Positions 28,863 through 39,682 are shown, counted from the stretch's first letter. The stretch is DNA of 64,000 nucleotides from an uncultured Acidimicrobiia bacterium (GCA_964195315.1 CAXMOZ010000113.1:2873-66872); one strand, 5' to 3'. The notes: generated by a model from the letters alone, not told the origin. Numbers and translations: made by a program.

Positions 28863-29522
28863 TCAATCAATAGCCGGTAAATAGCGCTTAGGATCAATTG
28901 ACTTTCCTCGCCGACGAAGTTCAAAGTGAACGTGAGACCCTGTGGCATTGCCGGTTCGACCCATCTTTGCAATAACGCTTCCTTGTCGAACACTTTGTCC
29001 CGTATTGACCAAGTTTCGACTGTTGTGTGCATACACTGTTTCAAAGCCATTGGCATGAGCAATAATAATAATTTTACCGAAACCACTTTTTCGCCCAGAA
29101 AATATCACTTTACCGTTGGATGACGCCTTAATCGGTGTGCCTCGTGGTGCACGTAAATCGATACCGGCATGTAAACGACCAGACCGGTAACCAAAGGTTG
29201 ACGAAACGTCGATGTTGGACACAGGCCAAATATAGGTGTCACTCTGAATAGACTTGTCAGCTTTCGAATTTTCATTTTGGTAGCGTGCTTGTGGCCCAGG
29301 CACAATGATACGTGAACCTGGTATTAAATTATCTGGATCAATCGAGGGATTGATTCGAATTAAAAGTGTCGGAGGCATCTCGAGCAAAAAAGCGATTGAA
29401 TCCAGGTTGTCACCCGCCTGAACCGTGTAATATGGGTTTACTGATGGTACTGTAATTGGGGTGTGATTAGCGCAGGCACTTAATATTACCGATAGCAGTA
29501 TTCCGATTAGAGTCCTTAGCAT
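28863..29522 (-). CDS. LysM + M23 peptidase lipoprotein
   Basis: Lipobox LSAC, LysM 'YTVQAGDNL', HAGID and HVH zinc motifs intact. Confidence 0.9.
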   Translation of the reverse strand: MLRTLIGILLSVILSACANHTPITVPSVNPYYTVQAGDNLDSIAFLLEMPPTLLIRINPSIDPDNLIPGSRIIVPGPQARYQNENSKADKSIQSDTYIWPVSNIDVSSTFGYRSGRLHAGIDLRAPRGTPIKASSNGKVIFSGRKSGFGKIIIIAHANGFETVYAHNSRNLVNTGQSVRQGSVIAKMGRTGNATGSHVHFELRRRGKSIDPKRYLPAID

Positions 29523-29707
29523 TATAAAAATTGAGTGTTCAAATATCTTTCCTCGATAGAGTGCTCACAGTATGACAGTCATTCAGTAATGAATAGAACT
29601 AAGTTTTGAAAAGAGTAAGGTTTAAACTTAGAATGTAGAAGCAGCGCTGTTTGATACAACTTATAAACTAATAATTTGGAAACTATTTCGCTATCCGAGG
29701 GTATGAA

Positions 29708-30538
29708 GTGACATCCGATATTGATCCATACCTGGAAGCCCAATACAACAATCGGTTAGCAGTGCCCGATTTTGCCGACTATTTAGCCAACTGGTCACAA
29801 CGCAGTACACACTACCGAGAGAGCGCGAAAGGCCATTTAAACCTGAGCTACGGTGACTCCGAGCGAGAAACACTCGATATATTTCCGGCAACAACAGTCT
29901 CAGCACCGATTCATGTTTTTTTACACGGCGGATACTGGCAAGCGCTGAGTAAAGACTCGTTTAGCTTTGTCGCAGAGCTCATTAATCAACAAGGCGAATG
30001 CGCCATTATTGTGAATTATGACCTTTGCCCTTCGGTGACAGTGGCTGAAATAATTGCCCAAATTCAAAAGGCGGCCCGCTGGATACTATCGAATGGTGCT
30101 GATTTTGGTGGTGATGTCAGGCACATTCAAGTAACAGGTCATTCGGCGGGTGCCCAATTACTAGCAAAGCTAATGACGACCAACTGGACAGAGCAAGGTT
30201 TTTCTCATCTACCATTTCAGCGATTAAATGCGTTAAGTGGGCTTTATGACTTACAACCGTTGGTGCCAACGTCAATCAATCAGGCTTTGCAACTCACCCC
30301 ACAATCATCGGAACAAGTGAGCCCTTTATTTGATCGCTTCCACCATCAATCAGACCTGGTTGAGTTGAATCTTTTAGTAGGTACGCTTGAAAGTGATGAA
30401 TATAAAAAGCAGTCTACGCAATTGGTTGAAACATGGGGAGACAAGCTCAGAATGCAATATCAAACGATTCCTGATACTCACCACTTTTCAATTTTAGATC
30501 GATTTTACTCTAACTTCTATCATCCGATTGAAATGTAG
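29708..30538 (+). CDS. Alpha/beta hydrolase, arylformamidase-like
   Basis: HGGYW, GHSAG nucleophile, SGLYDL, HHF. Confidence 0.85.
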   Translation: MTSDIDPYLEAQYNNRLAVPDFADYLANWSQRSTHYRESAKGHLNLSYGDSERETLDIFPATTVSAPIHVFLHGGYWQALSKDSFSFVAELINQQGECAIIVNYDLCPSVTVAEIIAQIQKAARWILSNGADFGGDVRHIQVTGHSAGAQLLAKLMTTNWTEQGFSHLPFQRLNALSGLYDLQPLVPTSINQALQLTPQSSEQVSPLFDRFHHQSDLVELNLLVGTLESDEYKKQSTQLVETWGDKLRMQYQTIPDTHHFSILDRFYSNFYHPIEM

Positions 30539-30703
30539 ATAAATAGGGGGAAGGGGAATAATATTTCTTAAGAAAATGAAGTTAAGCCTTTTCATTTCAT
30601 ATTAATAGCCACTACTTTACAGAGACCTTGTAAAAAACTATTGGAAATTCAATTCAGTTTGGGTCATAACGTTTATTATCCATATATGAGGTGGAGATAT
30701 TAA

Positions 30704-31124
30704 ATGAAAGCTATGGGTTTTTTAATCTTTTGCTTTCTTACTTTATTGTTAATTCCATTCAGTAGTTTCAGCCGTGATGTAGGGGCTGCATCAGTTTTGA
30801 CACCCAGCACATTAATGGGTAAAAAATATTTCGTAACGAGGAGTCTGGTTCAGGGGGGGGCTTGCAATGGCGGGCTCATATACCGTTATTTTTTGAAGCG
30901 CTCAGCCGACGTATACATCGAAAGGGAATGGTGCTAATTTCGACGATTCTAGTGGGCTATATATTTATAGCACTAGTGGTAGCAGTGGTACTGTTAAGGT
31001 AAATGACTCTGTGGCTTTGAAAACTGCATTTTCGTTTAAACTTAATACGTCTATCTCTTGAACATTTATTGCCACTGCAACGGCAGATATCAATTCGAGG
31101 CAATCGGGCATATTCGCTGAGTAA
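30704..31124 (+). pseudogene. Decayed secreted protein
   Basis: Signal-peptide start. After a G8 run (30853-30860) the +1 frame reads as a protein-like sequence interrupted by TGA at 30894 and 31059. Confidence 0.45.
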
Positions 31125-31197
31125 TACATTGCCTTCTGAAATAATGTGATTAAAAGGTTAAGGCCTTGGATCACCCATCAACAGTCTTTAGCTAGAT

Positions 31198-31620
31198 ATG
31201 GCTTTTAGCATAATGGAGAATAAAGTGGCAATAAAGGGTGAATGTTTCTGCGCTGAAGTTAAATACCAACTAAAAGGTAAGTTACGTGATTCCAGGTCAT
31301 GCCATTGCTCGCGCTGTCGTAAAGCTTTTAGTTCACAAGCATCTGCCTATGCACTAGTTGAACCTGATGAATTTGAGTGGCTAGCGGGTGAGGAATTTCT
31401 TACATCTTATGTTGGTAAGCATAATTTTGGCCTTCGATTTTGTAGCTTATGTGGTTCAACACTGTGTGGTACCTATAATGGTTCTATTCACGGTATCACG
31501 TTAGGTTGCGTTAACGGAGACCCAGAAATCGAAATCGGTAAACATATTTACGTTGGTTCAAAAGCAAACTGGGAAGTTGTTCCTGAGGGTGTTATTCAAT
31601 ATAAGGAAAATGAACTTTAA
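31198..31620 (+). CDS. GFA/CENP-V family zinc protein
   Basis: GECFC, CHCSRCRK, FCSLCGS, HIYVGSKANW. Confidence 0.9.
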   Translation: MAFSIMENKVAIKGECFCAEVKYQLKGKLRDSRSCHCSRCRKAFSSQASAYALVEPDEFEWLAGEEFLTSYVGKHNFGLRFCSLCGSTLCGTYNGSIHGITLGCVNGDPEIEIGKHIYVGSKANWEVVPEGVIQYKENEL

Positions 31621-31703
31621 AATGCTTAAAAGTAGATATTTAGTTAAATACAGTTAATGTAGACGCTATCAAATTAATGTTACATCAATCATAGGAGAGT
31701 GTT

Positions 31704-31940
31704 TTGAAAACAATAAAGTGCAGGGACCTTGGCGGAGTGTGTGATCTGGAATTTAGCGCCAATACATTTGAAGAGGTCACTGAACTGGCCAAGCAGCATG
31801 GAATGGCAATGTTTCAAAAACAGGACTCAGGCCATCTTGAAGCAATGAGCGCTATGCAAGAGTTGATGAAGAAACCAGAAAAAATGCAGGAATGGTTCGA
31901 CTCTAAACGAAAGATGTTTGATAGCTTAGAAGAAAACTAG
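31704..31940 (+). CDS. Small metal-binding DUF1059-like protein
   Basis: MKTIKCRDLGGVCD...HG...H pattern; GGAG RBS with TTG start. Confidence 0.75.
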   Translation: MKTIKCRDLGGVCDLEFSANTFEEVTELAKQHGMAMFQKQDSGHLEAMSAMQELMKKPEKMQEWFDSKRKMFDSLEEN

Positions 31941-32094
31941 AGGTGTGAGTCTAGTCGGCTAACTATAAATAAGTTTTCTAATCGACGTTTTGGGTTTCGC
32001 TATTGCTTGAACATGAATTACCCATAAAATGAAATGGGGCCTCGATTAAGTGTTCAATACCAGGTTTATCAGTGAGTATTCTGACTTTCTACAG

Positions 32095-32499
32095 TTAGCC
32101 TAAAAACTTCCTTGGCCGAACCCATAGCCAGCTAAGCAAAACCAGACTTCCAAAAACAGTATAGCAAACGACAAAAACCCAGGCTGGTGCTTGAAAAAAT
32201 AGAAGCTGGTTTAACCAGTGGGTTATAAAAGAACCATCATAAATAGTTTCGCCAGCTTTGGCTCTCAGGTTCATTTCCCAGATTGTCAGCGGGCAAATAA
32301 TACCGAGCCAGGATTGTATAACGACAATGCCAATCCCCAGCAGATGTGTCATACGAAACCATGGATTTCTAATCCATTGCCAGGAAGCCAATTTACCGAC
32401 GTAAATCAGAACTAGACTAACCACAACAAAGAGTGCGAACAGAACGTGTGTGACTAGTATTAGGTCTGCGGCCAGGGAGTATAGTTTGGTGGAAATGAT
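32095..32499 (-). CDS. DUF2784 family membrane protein (start codon uncertain)
   Basis: FRMTHL, CPLTIWE, FITHWL. The frame extends upstream through 'YSLAADLILVTH' to an ATC at 32499 behind GGAG. Confidence 0.75.
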   Translation of the reverse strand: MISTKLYSLAADLILVTHVLFALFVVVSLVLIYVGKLASWQWIRNPWFRMTHLLGIGIVVIQSWLGIICPLTIWEMNLRAKAGETIYDGSFITHWLNQLLFFQAPAWVFVVCYTVFGSLVLLSWLWVRPRKFLG

Positions 32500-32541
32500 G
32501 GTGTCTCCTAATACAATAGTGTTTACATTTTTAGCCGCGTC

Positions 32542-34149
32542 TCAATTTTTGGGCAGGGAAATTAAATTAGAGTCGCTACGCCATTTTTCAAGTTGCTCGA
32601 GTATTGCTTTTGGCTTATTTATTTGAGGGTCCGAGTGATCGTAATCTTTATCCTTCTCGCGTCTTTTGACTATTTCTTGAGCGATGCCAAATGCGGTTTC
32701 AAAATTATTGGTTTGACTGAGTGCATCTTTAAAATATGCTTCTCCAAAGTAAGTGAATTCAGCTTCGTTACTACAGCCAAAGGATGTTTTTTCTGCGGCT
32801 GCCGCGGTAATGATTAAGTTTTTTTCACTTTTTAGGGCTCGGATGAATCCACCTGAATAACAGGCTGACACGACGATAACCTTCCACCGAATCGGCAAGT
32901 CATTAAGAATGCGATGAAGTGTTTGTGCTGAAATATCGGGTAGTTTCATCGCAGGTTGGTGCAAGCTGAAATTAAATTTCTTCGAGCCATGACTACTCAT
33001 GTAAATGAATAGTATGTCGTTATCTACATCCATTTTTTGCGCAATTTTTTGCAGACTTTTAGTAATGCTTGTAACGGTTGCTAAAGGGATTTCTTCTATG
33101 GTTTGTTTTGCATTGATTAATGCGATCGATTTTCCAGCGGTTTTAAATCGAGAGTCAAACTGTCTTTTGACGAAATTTATTTCTCTGCGAAATACTGCCT
33201 GAGATCCATCACCGGCTATCCCTAGAAAGTAAAGCTCCACTTTATCGGGGTCATTTTCTTTCAGGTTGTTCCAGCTTTTTTCCAAAAGCGCATTCTGGTT
33301 GTAGAGCAGTGTTTCATTTATTTTTTCTGGGTTGACTTTCAAGCTGTTGTCGTCAGATTCGATAAGACTGCCTCTACGCCAGGTCCCCGAGACTTGAGTG
33401 CGGTTGTCGAGAGGTTTGGCATAGGTTAGGGTTCCGTTTCCATGGTATTGGCCATACTCAAACTGCCCCTCGTAAGTATTGCCTTCGGTGGAGGTGTAAT
33501 GGCCCTGTCCTGAAAAACTGCCGTTGTTGAATTCACCCTTGTAAATTGAGCCGTCATTACCGAAAAATTGACCTTCACCTTCGAGTTCGCCATTTACATA
33601 TTTTCCGATAGCTCGACTCTGGTAGGCATCGGTACTTTCGCCTAACCCTTGATAAACCCAATCGACGAAAGCGCCGGTATGTTTTATTCCAGTAACATCG
33701 GAATACTGCCCTTGCCCTGTGAAATTTCCAGCTAGAAAGTCACCGCTATAAATTCTTTTGTTCGCTGTGGTATAGATGCCTGTCCCGTTGAACTCACTGT
33801 TGACAAATTCTCCGATATATAGGCTCTTGTTGGCTGTGTGCAAAGTGCCAATACCTTGCATTTCGCCCAGCCTGTATTCCCCTTCGTAAGATCCGCCGAG
33901 ATGCCAGTGGTACTTTCCCCGGCCATGAAACAGGCCATTCAGAAAATGACCTTCGTATCGATCGCCATTAGTCCAGATCATTCGCCCTTTCCCTTCGATA
34001 ATACCTTCTGCCATTTCACCATCATAAACGGCACCATCAGGCAGCGTAGCAACAGGGATTAAAATTTGAAAATAATAGTGCTGATAAGACTTCAGTGCGA
34101 GTATGCCAAGCAAAATGCCAACGGCCAGGCAGCCAATTGTTTTAAACAT
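32542..34149 (-). CDS. C13 family peptidase with MORN repeats
   Basis: Many YxGxxxxGxxxGxG MORN repeats; catalytic SSHGS and SACYSG; TSFGC. Confidence 0.9.
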   Translation of the reverse strand: MFKTIGCLAVGILLGILALKSYQHYYFQILIPVATLPDGAVYDGEMAEGIIEGKGRMIWTNGDRYEGHFLNGLFHGRGKYHWHLGGSYEGEYRLGEMQGIGTLHTANKSLYIGEFVNSEFNGTGIYTTANKRIYSGDFLAGNFTGQGQYSDVTGIKHTGAFVDWVYQGLGESTDAYQSRAIGKYVNGELEGEGQFFGNDGSIYKGEFNNGSFSGQGHYTSTEGNTYEGQFEYGQYHGNGTLTYAKPLDNRTQVSGTWRRGSLIESDDNSLKVNPEKINETLLYNQNALLEKSWNNLKENDPDKVELYFLGIAGDGSQAVFRREINFVKRQFDSRFKTAGKSIALINAKQTIEEIPLATVTSITKSLQKIAQKMDVDNDILFIYMSSHGSKKFNFSLHQPAMKLPDISAQTLHRILNDLPIRWKVIVVSACYSGGFIRALKSEKNLIITAAAAEKTSFGCSNEAEFTYFGEAYFKDALSQTNNFETAFGIAQEIVKRREKDKDYDHSDPQINKPKAILEQLEKWRSDSNLISLPKN

Positions 34150-34152
34150 AGC

Positions 34153-35355
34153 TCATGAACTATGACTCATTAGTTGACGGCATAGTGCTTCAAATGCGGC
34201 AATATGAATGGGGCCATAGAGGTCATTTAATGGATCGGTTTGAGCTGATGTCTTGACGATGGTTATGTTGGCGACTGGATCGAGATATAACCATTGTCCG
34301 TGTAGCCCTATGGCTGCAAGCGCCGCGTTTTGATTGCCTATTTGATACCAGCAATTTCGATAGCCGCCCTCAGGGAATCTTTCGCTTGAGTTGCCGTTTT
34401 GCCATGGTTTTTTATCACCGCCACTGAAGCAGTCTTGGATCCACTGCTGGGGAATTACTTGACGGTTACCTACTCGCCCTTGATTCAACATCATATCGCC
34501 GAAGCGCAGTAAGTCACGAGGCAATGTGCAGATGCCACCAGCACTTCGTGCGGCACCTTTTTGATCTACGGTGATGTAAGCGTCCATTTCTGTTTGCAGT
34601 GGTTGCCAGATTAAATTAGACAATAGACTCGCAATGGTTTGTCCACTAATGCGCTCTAATACCCAACCGAGTAAATCGGTGTTAGGCGATTGATATTGAT
34701 ATCGAAAACCATGAGGGCTAGATCCGCTATTCAGCGACAACAGAAAATTGTGTAACCCAGAATTTGATTGATTGTCGATAGGTGGATTCCAGCCAGTCGA
34801 TGCCCAATATTGTGCTACCTTGCTCGATGGATTTTCAGTGAAGTCTTCAAAGTCAAGACTGGTTGTCATATCCAGTAATTGTTGGATAGTGCAATCGGCG
34901 AAACCACTCTGCATTGCCTCGGGTACATAGCGCGTCACTTTGGCTGTTACCTCAAGTTGGCCGCTGTCTACGAAAATACCCGTTAGTGTGCCTATGATCG
35001 ATTTGCTCACCGAAAATAAAATGTGTGGGTTATGAGCAGCACTGTCGTGGGCATACCATTCGTGCACTAGTTTGCCATTGTGTGATATGAGTAAGGCGCT
35101 GCCATTACTTGCTTCGCATAACTGCTGAATTGTCCAGGGTGCCCGATTTGATTCTTGTGCTGATTCTGGCCCCTCAAACTGGATAGAATCGATCAATGGG
35201 TTGTTATTCAATGTCAGCGCTGTGGGCGAACTTCCTGTTGGTATGTTCTCTGTGGGTAGTAGTTCACGAATGTGCTGAAAACTCCATTTACTGAGTGGTG
35301 ACTGTCTCCAGTTGGCCAGACTTAAGTGACCAGGACGAGTCTTTGACGCAGCCAC
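34153..35355 (-). CDS. Serine hydrolase of the beta-lactamase fold (NylB / 6-aminohexanoate-dimer hydrolase-like)
   Basis: FSVSKS (SxxK), YQSPNT, GLHGQ; NylB-like N-terminus 'NWRQSP..KWSFQHIRELLPT'. Confidence 0.82.
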   Translation of the reverse strand: MAASKTRPGHLSLANWRQSPLSKWSFQHIRELLPTENIPTGSSPTALTLNNNPLIDSIQFEGPESAQESNRAPWTIQQLCEASNGSALLISHNGKLVHEWYAHDSAAHNPHILFSVSKSIIGTLTGIFVDSGQLEVTAKVTRYVPEAMQSGFADCTIQQLLDMTTSLDFEDFTENPSSKVAQYWASTGWNPPIDNQSNSGLHNFLLSLNSGSSPHGFRYQYQSPNTDLLGWVLERISGQTIASLLSNLIWQPLQTEMDAYITVDQKGAARSAGGICTLPRDLLRFGDMMLNQGRVGNRQVIPQQWIQDCFSGGDKKPWQNGNSSERFPEGGYRNCWYQIGNQNAALAAIGLHGQWLYLDPVANITIVKTSAQTDPLNDLYGPIHIAAFEALCRQLMSHSS

Positions 35356-36584
35356 TATTCAATCTCGCTAATGATTCTTTGGTTAGATGAACTTAATGGG
35401 GTCTGACACATTTCTAGATGCAACCGACCGCCGCTAGTGTAGGGGTTTGCGTCCAATACTGATTCGTTGAGTTCGATGCCTAATCCAGGTTCGGTTGGCG
35501 GTAGCATATACCCTTGTTCCCAGGTAAGTGGTTTTTTCAATATGGCGTCATGGAATTCTGTTTGAATAGTTTCCAGTATCAAAAAAGCCGGGCTCGAAAA
35601 GGCAACATGAGTCGCTGCCGCATGCGCAATTGGGCCGCAATAAATATGAGGTGCAATCTGAGCGTTATAGAGTTCGGCGATCATGGCTATTTTTTTGGTT
35701 TCCCAAATGCCACCACTGCGACCGATGTCGGGTTGTAGAATTGAAACGCCAGCTTGCAGTGCCTGATGGAATTCCATTTTAGTGGTTAGTCTTTCACCCG
35801 TGGCAACAGGGATAGAAGTTGCACTGGCTACCTTGCCAATGGCTTCCATTTGATCTGGTGGGCAGGGTTCTTCAAACCACAAAGGATCATACTGCTCGAT
35901 GCGCCGCGCCAGTCGAATCGCGGATGATGTCGTCATTTGTCCGTGCGTGCCGAATAGTATGTCGGCTCGATCACCGACGGCTTCGCGAATACATTTTATG
36001 TTGTACTCACAGCGCGATAATTCATGCATTGATAATTCGCGGCTGCCCTGGAAACTGTAAGGCCCGGCTGGGTCTTGTTTGACAGCGGTGAATCCCATTT
36101 CGACATATTCGAGTGCACGTTTGGCTGCTGCGTCACCATCGTGGTAAACATCGCCTGCCTGCTCATCTTCGGCAGGGGATTCATTATTTGGGTACAGGTA
36201 GGTATAAGTGCGTAGACGAGGATGAAACTGACCGCCTAGTAATTGATAAACAGGTTGCTCATGCGCCTTGCCCAGAATATCCCAGATCGCAATTTCGATA
36301 CCACTGAAAACACCCATCATGCTGATGTCTGGGCGTTGCGTAAAACCAGCTGAGTAAACTCGTCGGAATAGCGTTTCGATGTGATGCGGATCTTCACCGA
36401 CAATAAACCGCTCGAAAGTATCTTCTACCATGGCACAGGCAATATCACCAGAAACAGGAATGCCATAACACTCGCCAATACCCTCGATGCCATTGTCAGT
36501 CGTAATTTTGACAATGACCCAAAACGATCCGCCGATACCTGTTGGTGGAACGGTTACCCAGGTGCTAATTTCTTTTAGTTTCAT
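35355..36584 (-). CDS. Enolase superfamily enzyme (mandelate racemase subgroup)
   Basis: TDNGIEGIGE, WDILGK, KQD, GTHGQ, WFEEP, TGER, QPD, APH. Confidence 0.9.
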   Translation of the reverse strand: MKLKEISTWVTVPPTGIGGSFWVIVKITTDNGIEGIGECYGIPVSGDIACAMVEDTFERFIVGEDPHHIETLFRRVYSAGFTQRPDISMMGVFSGIEIAIWDILGKAHEQPVYQLLGGQFHPRLRTYTYLYPNNESPAEDEQAGDVYHDGDAAAKRALEYVEMGFTAVKQDPAGPYSFQGSRELSMHELSRCEYNIKCIREAVGDRADILFGTHGQMTTSSAIRLARRIEQYDPLWFEEPCPPDQMEAIGKVASATSIPVATGERLTTKMEFHQALQAGVSILQPDIGRSGGIWETKKIAMIAELYNAQIAPHIYCGPIAHAAATHVAFSSPAFLILETIQTEFHDAILKKPLTWEQGYMLPPTEPGLGIELNESVLDANPYTSGGRLHLEMCQTPLSSSNQRIISEIE

Positions 36585-36676
36585 ATCGATCGACCTATTT
36601 TCATTTGGGTGTCATTCTAAGTTAGAAAGGCAGCGATGCGCCATGCTTAGAGTTAACATTGATGTCATTGTATGTG

Positions 36677-37576
36677 CTAAATATCACGTGGCAATAATTC
36701 TGTTTTTATCAGCTCTAGTAACTTTGTCATTTGTCCGGTGGCAGCGCCCGAAGAAAAACGTGCGACGTGTTGTATCGGGGGTGGTTGAGGTAAGTTTTTG
36801 CGATCGACTATGAGTCCTCGATTGCCACTGTTGTATCGGCTCAGTGAACGTTGCTCGAGCGTAGCGTTATTGACTAGGCCTATACCCAGTCCATTTCTGA
36901 CAGCGCTGATCATACCGTCGACACTCGGGCATTCGAACACAACGCGAATAGTCTTGCCTTCTCGAGCGAGCGTGCGCTCTGCCCATGCTTTGTAAAAACA
37001 ATCTTTATGATAGGTGACAAACGGAATTGGCGTGTCAGGTTCAAGACTAAAATCCTCTGCTTGTAACCAGACTATCTCTTGCCGTCCCAACGCATGGTCG
37101 GTGTCTAGCTGTTCTGACTCAAATACTTCAATTAACGCCATGTCAACCATGCCAGTATCAAGCCAGCCGATTAACTGTGGTGTATGGCCTACTTTGGATG
37201 TGAGGTTTATGTTGGGAAAGTTATTTGTGAAATTTAATAATATCTGTGCAATGCCGGGTGCGGTGACATCTTCCGTAATGCCAAGTTTCAATTCACCCGT
37301 TAGGTTACTCCGATTAAAACTGGCCAATGCTTCATCATGTAGTTTCACCATGCGACGGGCGAAGTCGAGCAGTTTTTCACCGTCAAAACTCAAGTTCATT
37401 TTGCCATCGACTCGATTAAACAAACTGCGATTGAGTTTAGTTTCGAGGCGCTTCATTTTATGACTAACAGCTGATTGCGATAAGTTCAGTTTTTTGGCAG
37501 CGCGGGTAACGCCACCTGTTTCTGCTATCGCCGTTAAGGCTCGCATAGATTCAATATCGAGATGGGTAGAAGTCAT
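36677..37576 (-). CDS. LysR family transcriptional regulator
   Basis: HTH 'GVTRAAKKLNLSQSAVSHKMKRLE'; divergent from the flavoprotein operon. Confidence 0.95.
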   Translation of the reverse strand: MTSTHLDIESMRALTAIAETGGVTRAAKKLNLSQSAVSHKMKRLETKLNRSLFNRVDGKMNLSFDGEKLLDFARRMVKLHDEALASFNRSNLTGELKLGITEDVTAPGIAQILLNFTNNFPNINLTSKVGHTPQLIGWLDTGMVDMALIEVFESEQLDTDHALGRQEIVWLQAEDFSLEPDTPIPFVTYHKDCFYKAWAERTLAREGKTIRVVFECPSVDGMISAVRNGLGIGLVNNATLEQRSLSRYNSGNRGLIVDRKNLPQPPPIQHVARFSSGAATGQMTKLLELIKTELLPRDI

Positions 37577-37594
37577 GACAAATATCGATGGAAA

Positions 37595-37618
37595 GCATGA
37601 AAATATATCGTTTTATGC
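37595..37618. promoter_or_regulatory. Putative LysR operator
   Basis: Imperfect dyad GCATGAAAA-tatatcg-TTTTATGC in the 100-bp divergent spacer. Confidence 0.45.
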
Positions 37619-37675
37619 ATGTGGCTACAAGTCGTATATTAGCCTCATACCCCTTAACCTTAGCCTGCTACCAAG

Positions 37676-39670
37676 ATGACTCACTATCCTAAGCTGTTTG
37701 AACCGATTCAACTACGGCACAAAACACTCAACAACCGAATCGTGTTTGGTGCCCATACCGCGAATATGGCTGAGCAGGGTTTGCCTGCTGAACGCCATCG
37801 GGCTTATTATGAAGAGCGAGCGATTGGTGGGGCAGCCATGATCGTTGTCGAGCCGATGCCTGTTCATCAGACTGCGGTATTAACTCGCGGCAATTTTCGT
37901 CATAGCGATGATGCCGTTATCCCGCATTTTCGCAAAATTACGGATGCAGTTCATTCCCATGGCACGGTAATTTTGCAGCAGCTTTATCATATTGGTCAGC
38001 ATGGCGATGCCGATCTCTCCTTTGCACCGAACTGGTCACCCTCTGGTTTGCCGTCTTATCATGATTCGGATGGCAGCCATCAAATGTCGAATGCTGAAAT
38101 AATCGAGCTTATCGAGGCTTTCGTGACTGCCGCTAAGCGGTGCCAATTATCAGGATTTGATGGCGTCGATCTTTTCGCCGCTTATCACTCCCTGTTCGAG
38201 CAGTTCTGGTCGTCCTGGTCAAATACACGTGATGATGCTTGGGGTGGCTCGGTTCAAAATCGCTGTCAATTTTCTACCCATATTATCAATGCAATTCGTA
38301 AGGCCTGCGGAGAAGATTTTATCATTGGAATGTCGATTAGTTATTCCGAAAATACGCCGTTTGTTTTGCAGTTAGACGAACTGCAGGAAGTCATAGCATT
38401 GCAGTGTCAAACCGAAAATCTGGACTATGTCAGCTGTGGTGCTGGTAACTATGTTGACTATGACCGAGTGATGCCAACCTTTATGCATGCCGAAAAACTA
38501 GGTGCACCGCTGGCGACAATACTGAAGTCAGCTGTTGCCTCGGTAACAGGAAGCACGCTTGTCACCGCCGAGTGTCATATTCGTACGCCAGAAAATGCGA
38601 GTTCGGTCATCGGTAGTGGCGAGGCAGATTTGGTATCGATTGTGCGCGGTCAAATTGCCGATCCTCATTGGGTCAATAAAACACGTGAAGGTCGACCAGA
38701 AGATGTACGAGGTTGTATCTCCTGTAATCAAATGTGTTGGGGGCGTCGCTCTCGAGACTATTGGATATCTTGCCTGGTTAATCCGTCTGCTGGGCGAGAA
38801 TTCGAATGGGGTGGTGATCGTTTTGATAGTGCTGCAAACGTTAAAAAAATTCTGGTCGTCGGTGGCGGCCCGGCGGGCATGGAAGCTGCCAGAGTGGCAG
38901 CAGAGCGTGGTCATCAAGTGACCCTGGCCGAAGCGTTAGGCGATTTAGGCGGACAGTTTCGACTCGCTGGTTTAGCACCCAGACGAGGTCAAATTACCGA
39001 ACTGATGCAATGGTATCTGCGTCAGTTTGAGAAGCTCAAAGTTGATGTTTTGTATTTTTCGCCGATGGATGATATCGATATCATCGAATTCGCTGCCGAT
39101 GAAGTAATCATCGCGACAGGCTCACTCCCGGATGGGCTGGGTCGCCAGCGTTGGCTGCCAAACGAAGAGCAAATGCCTGGATTAGATCAAGGCAACTTGT
39201 GGTCATGTGAAGAAGTTTTGCGTGAACAGGCAACGTTGGGTGAGCAGGTTATCGTGTTGGATGAGGGTGGTAACTGGCGAGGGGCTGGCACAGCCTGGTA
39301 TCTAGCCGACAAGGGCCATCAAGTAACGGTTGTAACACCTGATGCCTATGTCGGAAAAGAACTTTCGCGAACCACTGCTGACTATCCCATTCGCAGCAGC
39401 CTGAGTAAAAAAGGTGCGACGTTTATGGTTGATTCGGTCATCGAGCGTTGGCATGGCAACGGTGCTGATGTGCGATGCATGCTTGATGGTAGCGTTACGT
39501 TTGTGGCTGCTTCTGCCTTAGTCATGGCCACTACCAACATGGCTGAAAATAGCATCGAGCAGGCGTTGGAAGGTAGCGATATCAAGTTTCATATTATTGG
39601 CGATTGTGCCAGTCCCCGTTCGGCACCCTATGCATTTCATGAAGGGCGTAAGATCGCTCTGAGTCTTTAA
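37676..39670 (+). CDS. NADH:flavin oxidoreductase (OYE barrel + 4Fe-4S + FAD domain; StcD/DgcA/TMADH-like)
   Basis: YYEERAIGG, N.R.D.WGGS, CISCNQMC...C, GGGPAG, IGDC. Confidence 0.9.
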   Translation: MTHYPKLFEPIQLRHKTLNNRIVFGAHTANMAEQGLPAERHRAYYEERAIGGAAMIVVEPMPVHQTAVLTRGNFRHSDDAVIPHFRKITDAVHSHGTVILQQLYHIGQHGDADLSFAPNWSPSGLPSYHDSDGSHQMSNAEIIELIEAFVTAAKRCQLSGFDGVDLFAAYHSLFEQFWSSWSNTRDDAWGGSVQNRCQFSTHIINAIRKACGEDFIIGMSISYSENTPFVLQLDELQEVIALQCQTENLDYVSCGAGNYVDYDRVMPTFMHAEKLGAPLATILKSAVASVTGSTLVTAECHIRTPENASSVIGSGEADLVSIVRGQIADPHWVNKTREGRPEDVRGCISCNQMCWGRRSRDYWISCLVNPSAGREFEWGGDRFDSAANVKKILVVGGGPAGMEAARVAAERGHQVTLAEALGDLGGQFRLAGLAPRRGQITELMQWYLRQFEKLKVDVLYFSPMDDIDIIEFAADEVIIATGSLPDGLGRQRWLPNEEQMPGLDQGNLWSCEEVLREQATLGEQVIVLDEGGNWRGAGTAWYLADKGHQVTVVTPDAYVGKELSRTTADYPIRSSLSKKGATFMVDSVIERWHGNGADVRCMLDGSVTFVAASALVMATTNMAENSIEQALEGSDIKFHIIGDCASPRSAPYAFHEGRKIALSL

Positions 39671-39682
39671 GGAAGTGAAATT

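Noticed and set aside
30539-32541. Integron cassette array (small GFA, DUF1059 and DUF2784 genes)
   Set aside because: No convincing attC dyads and no intI
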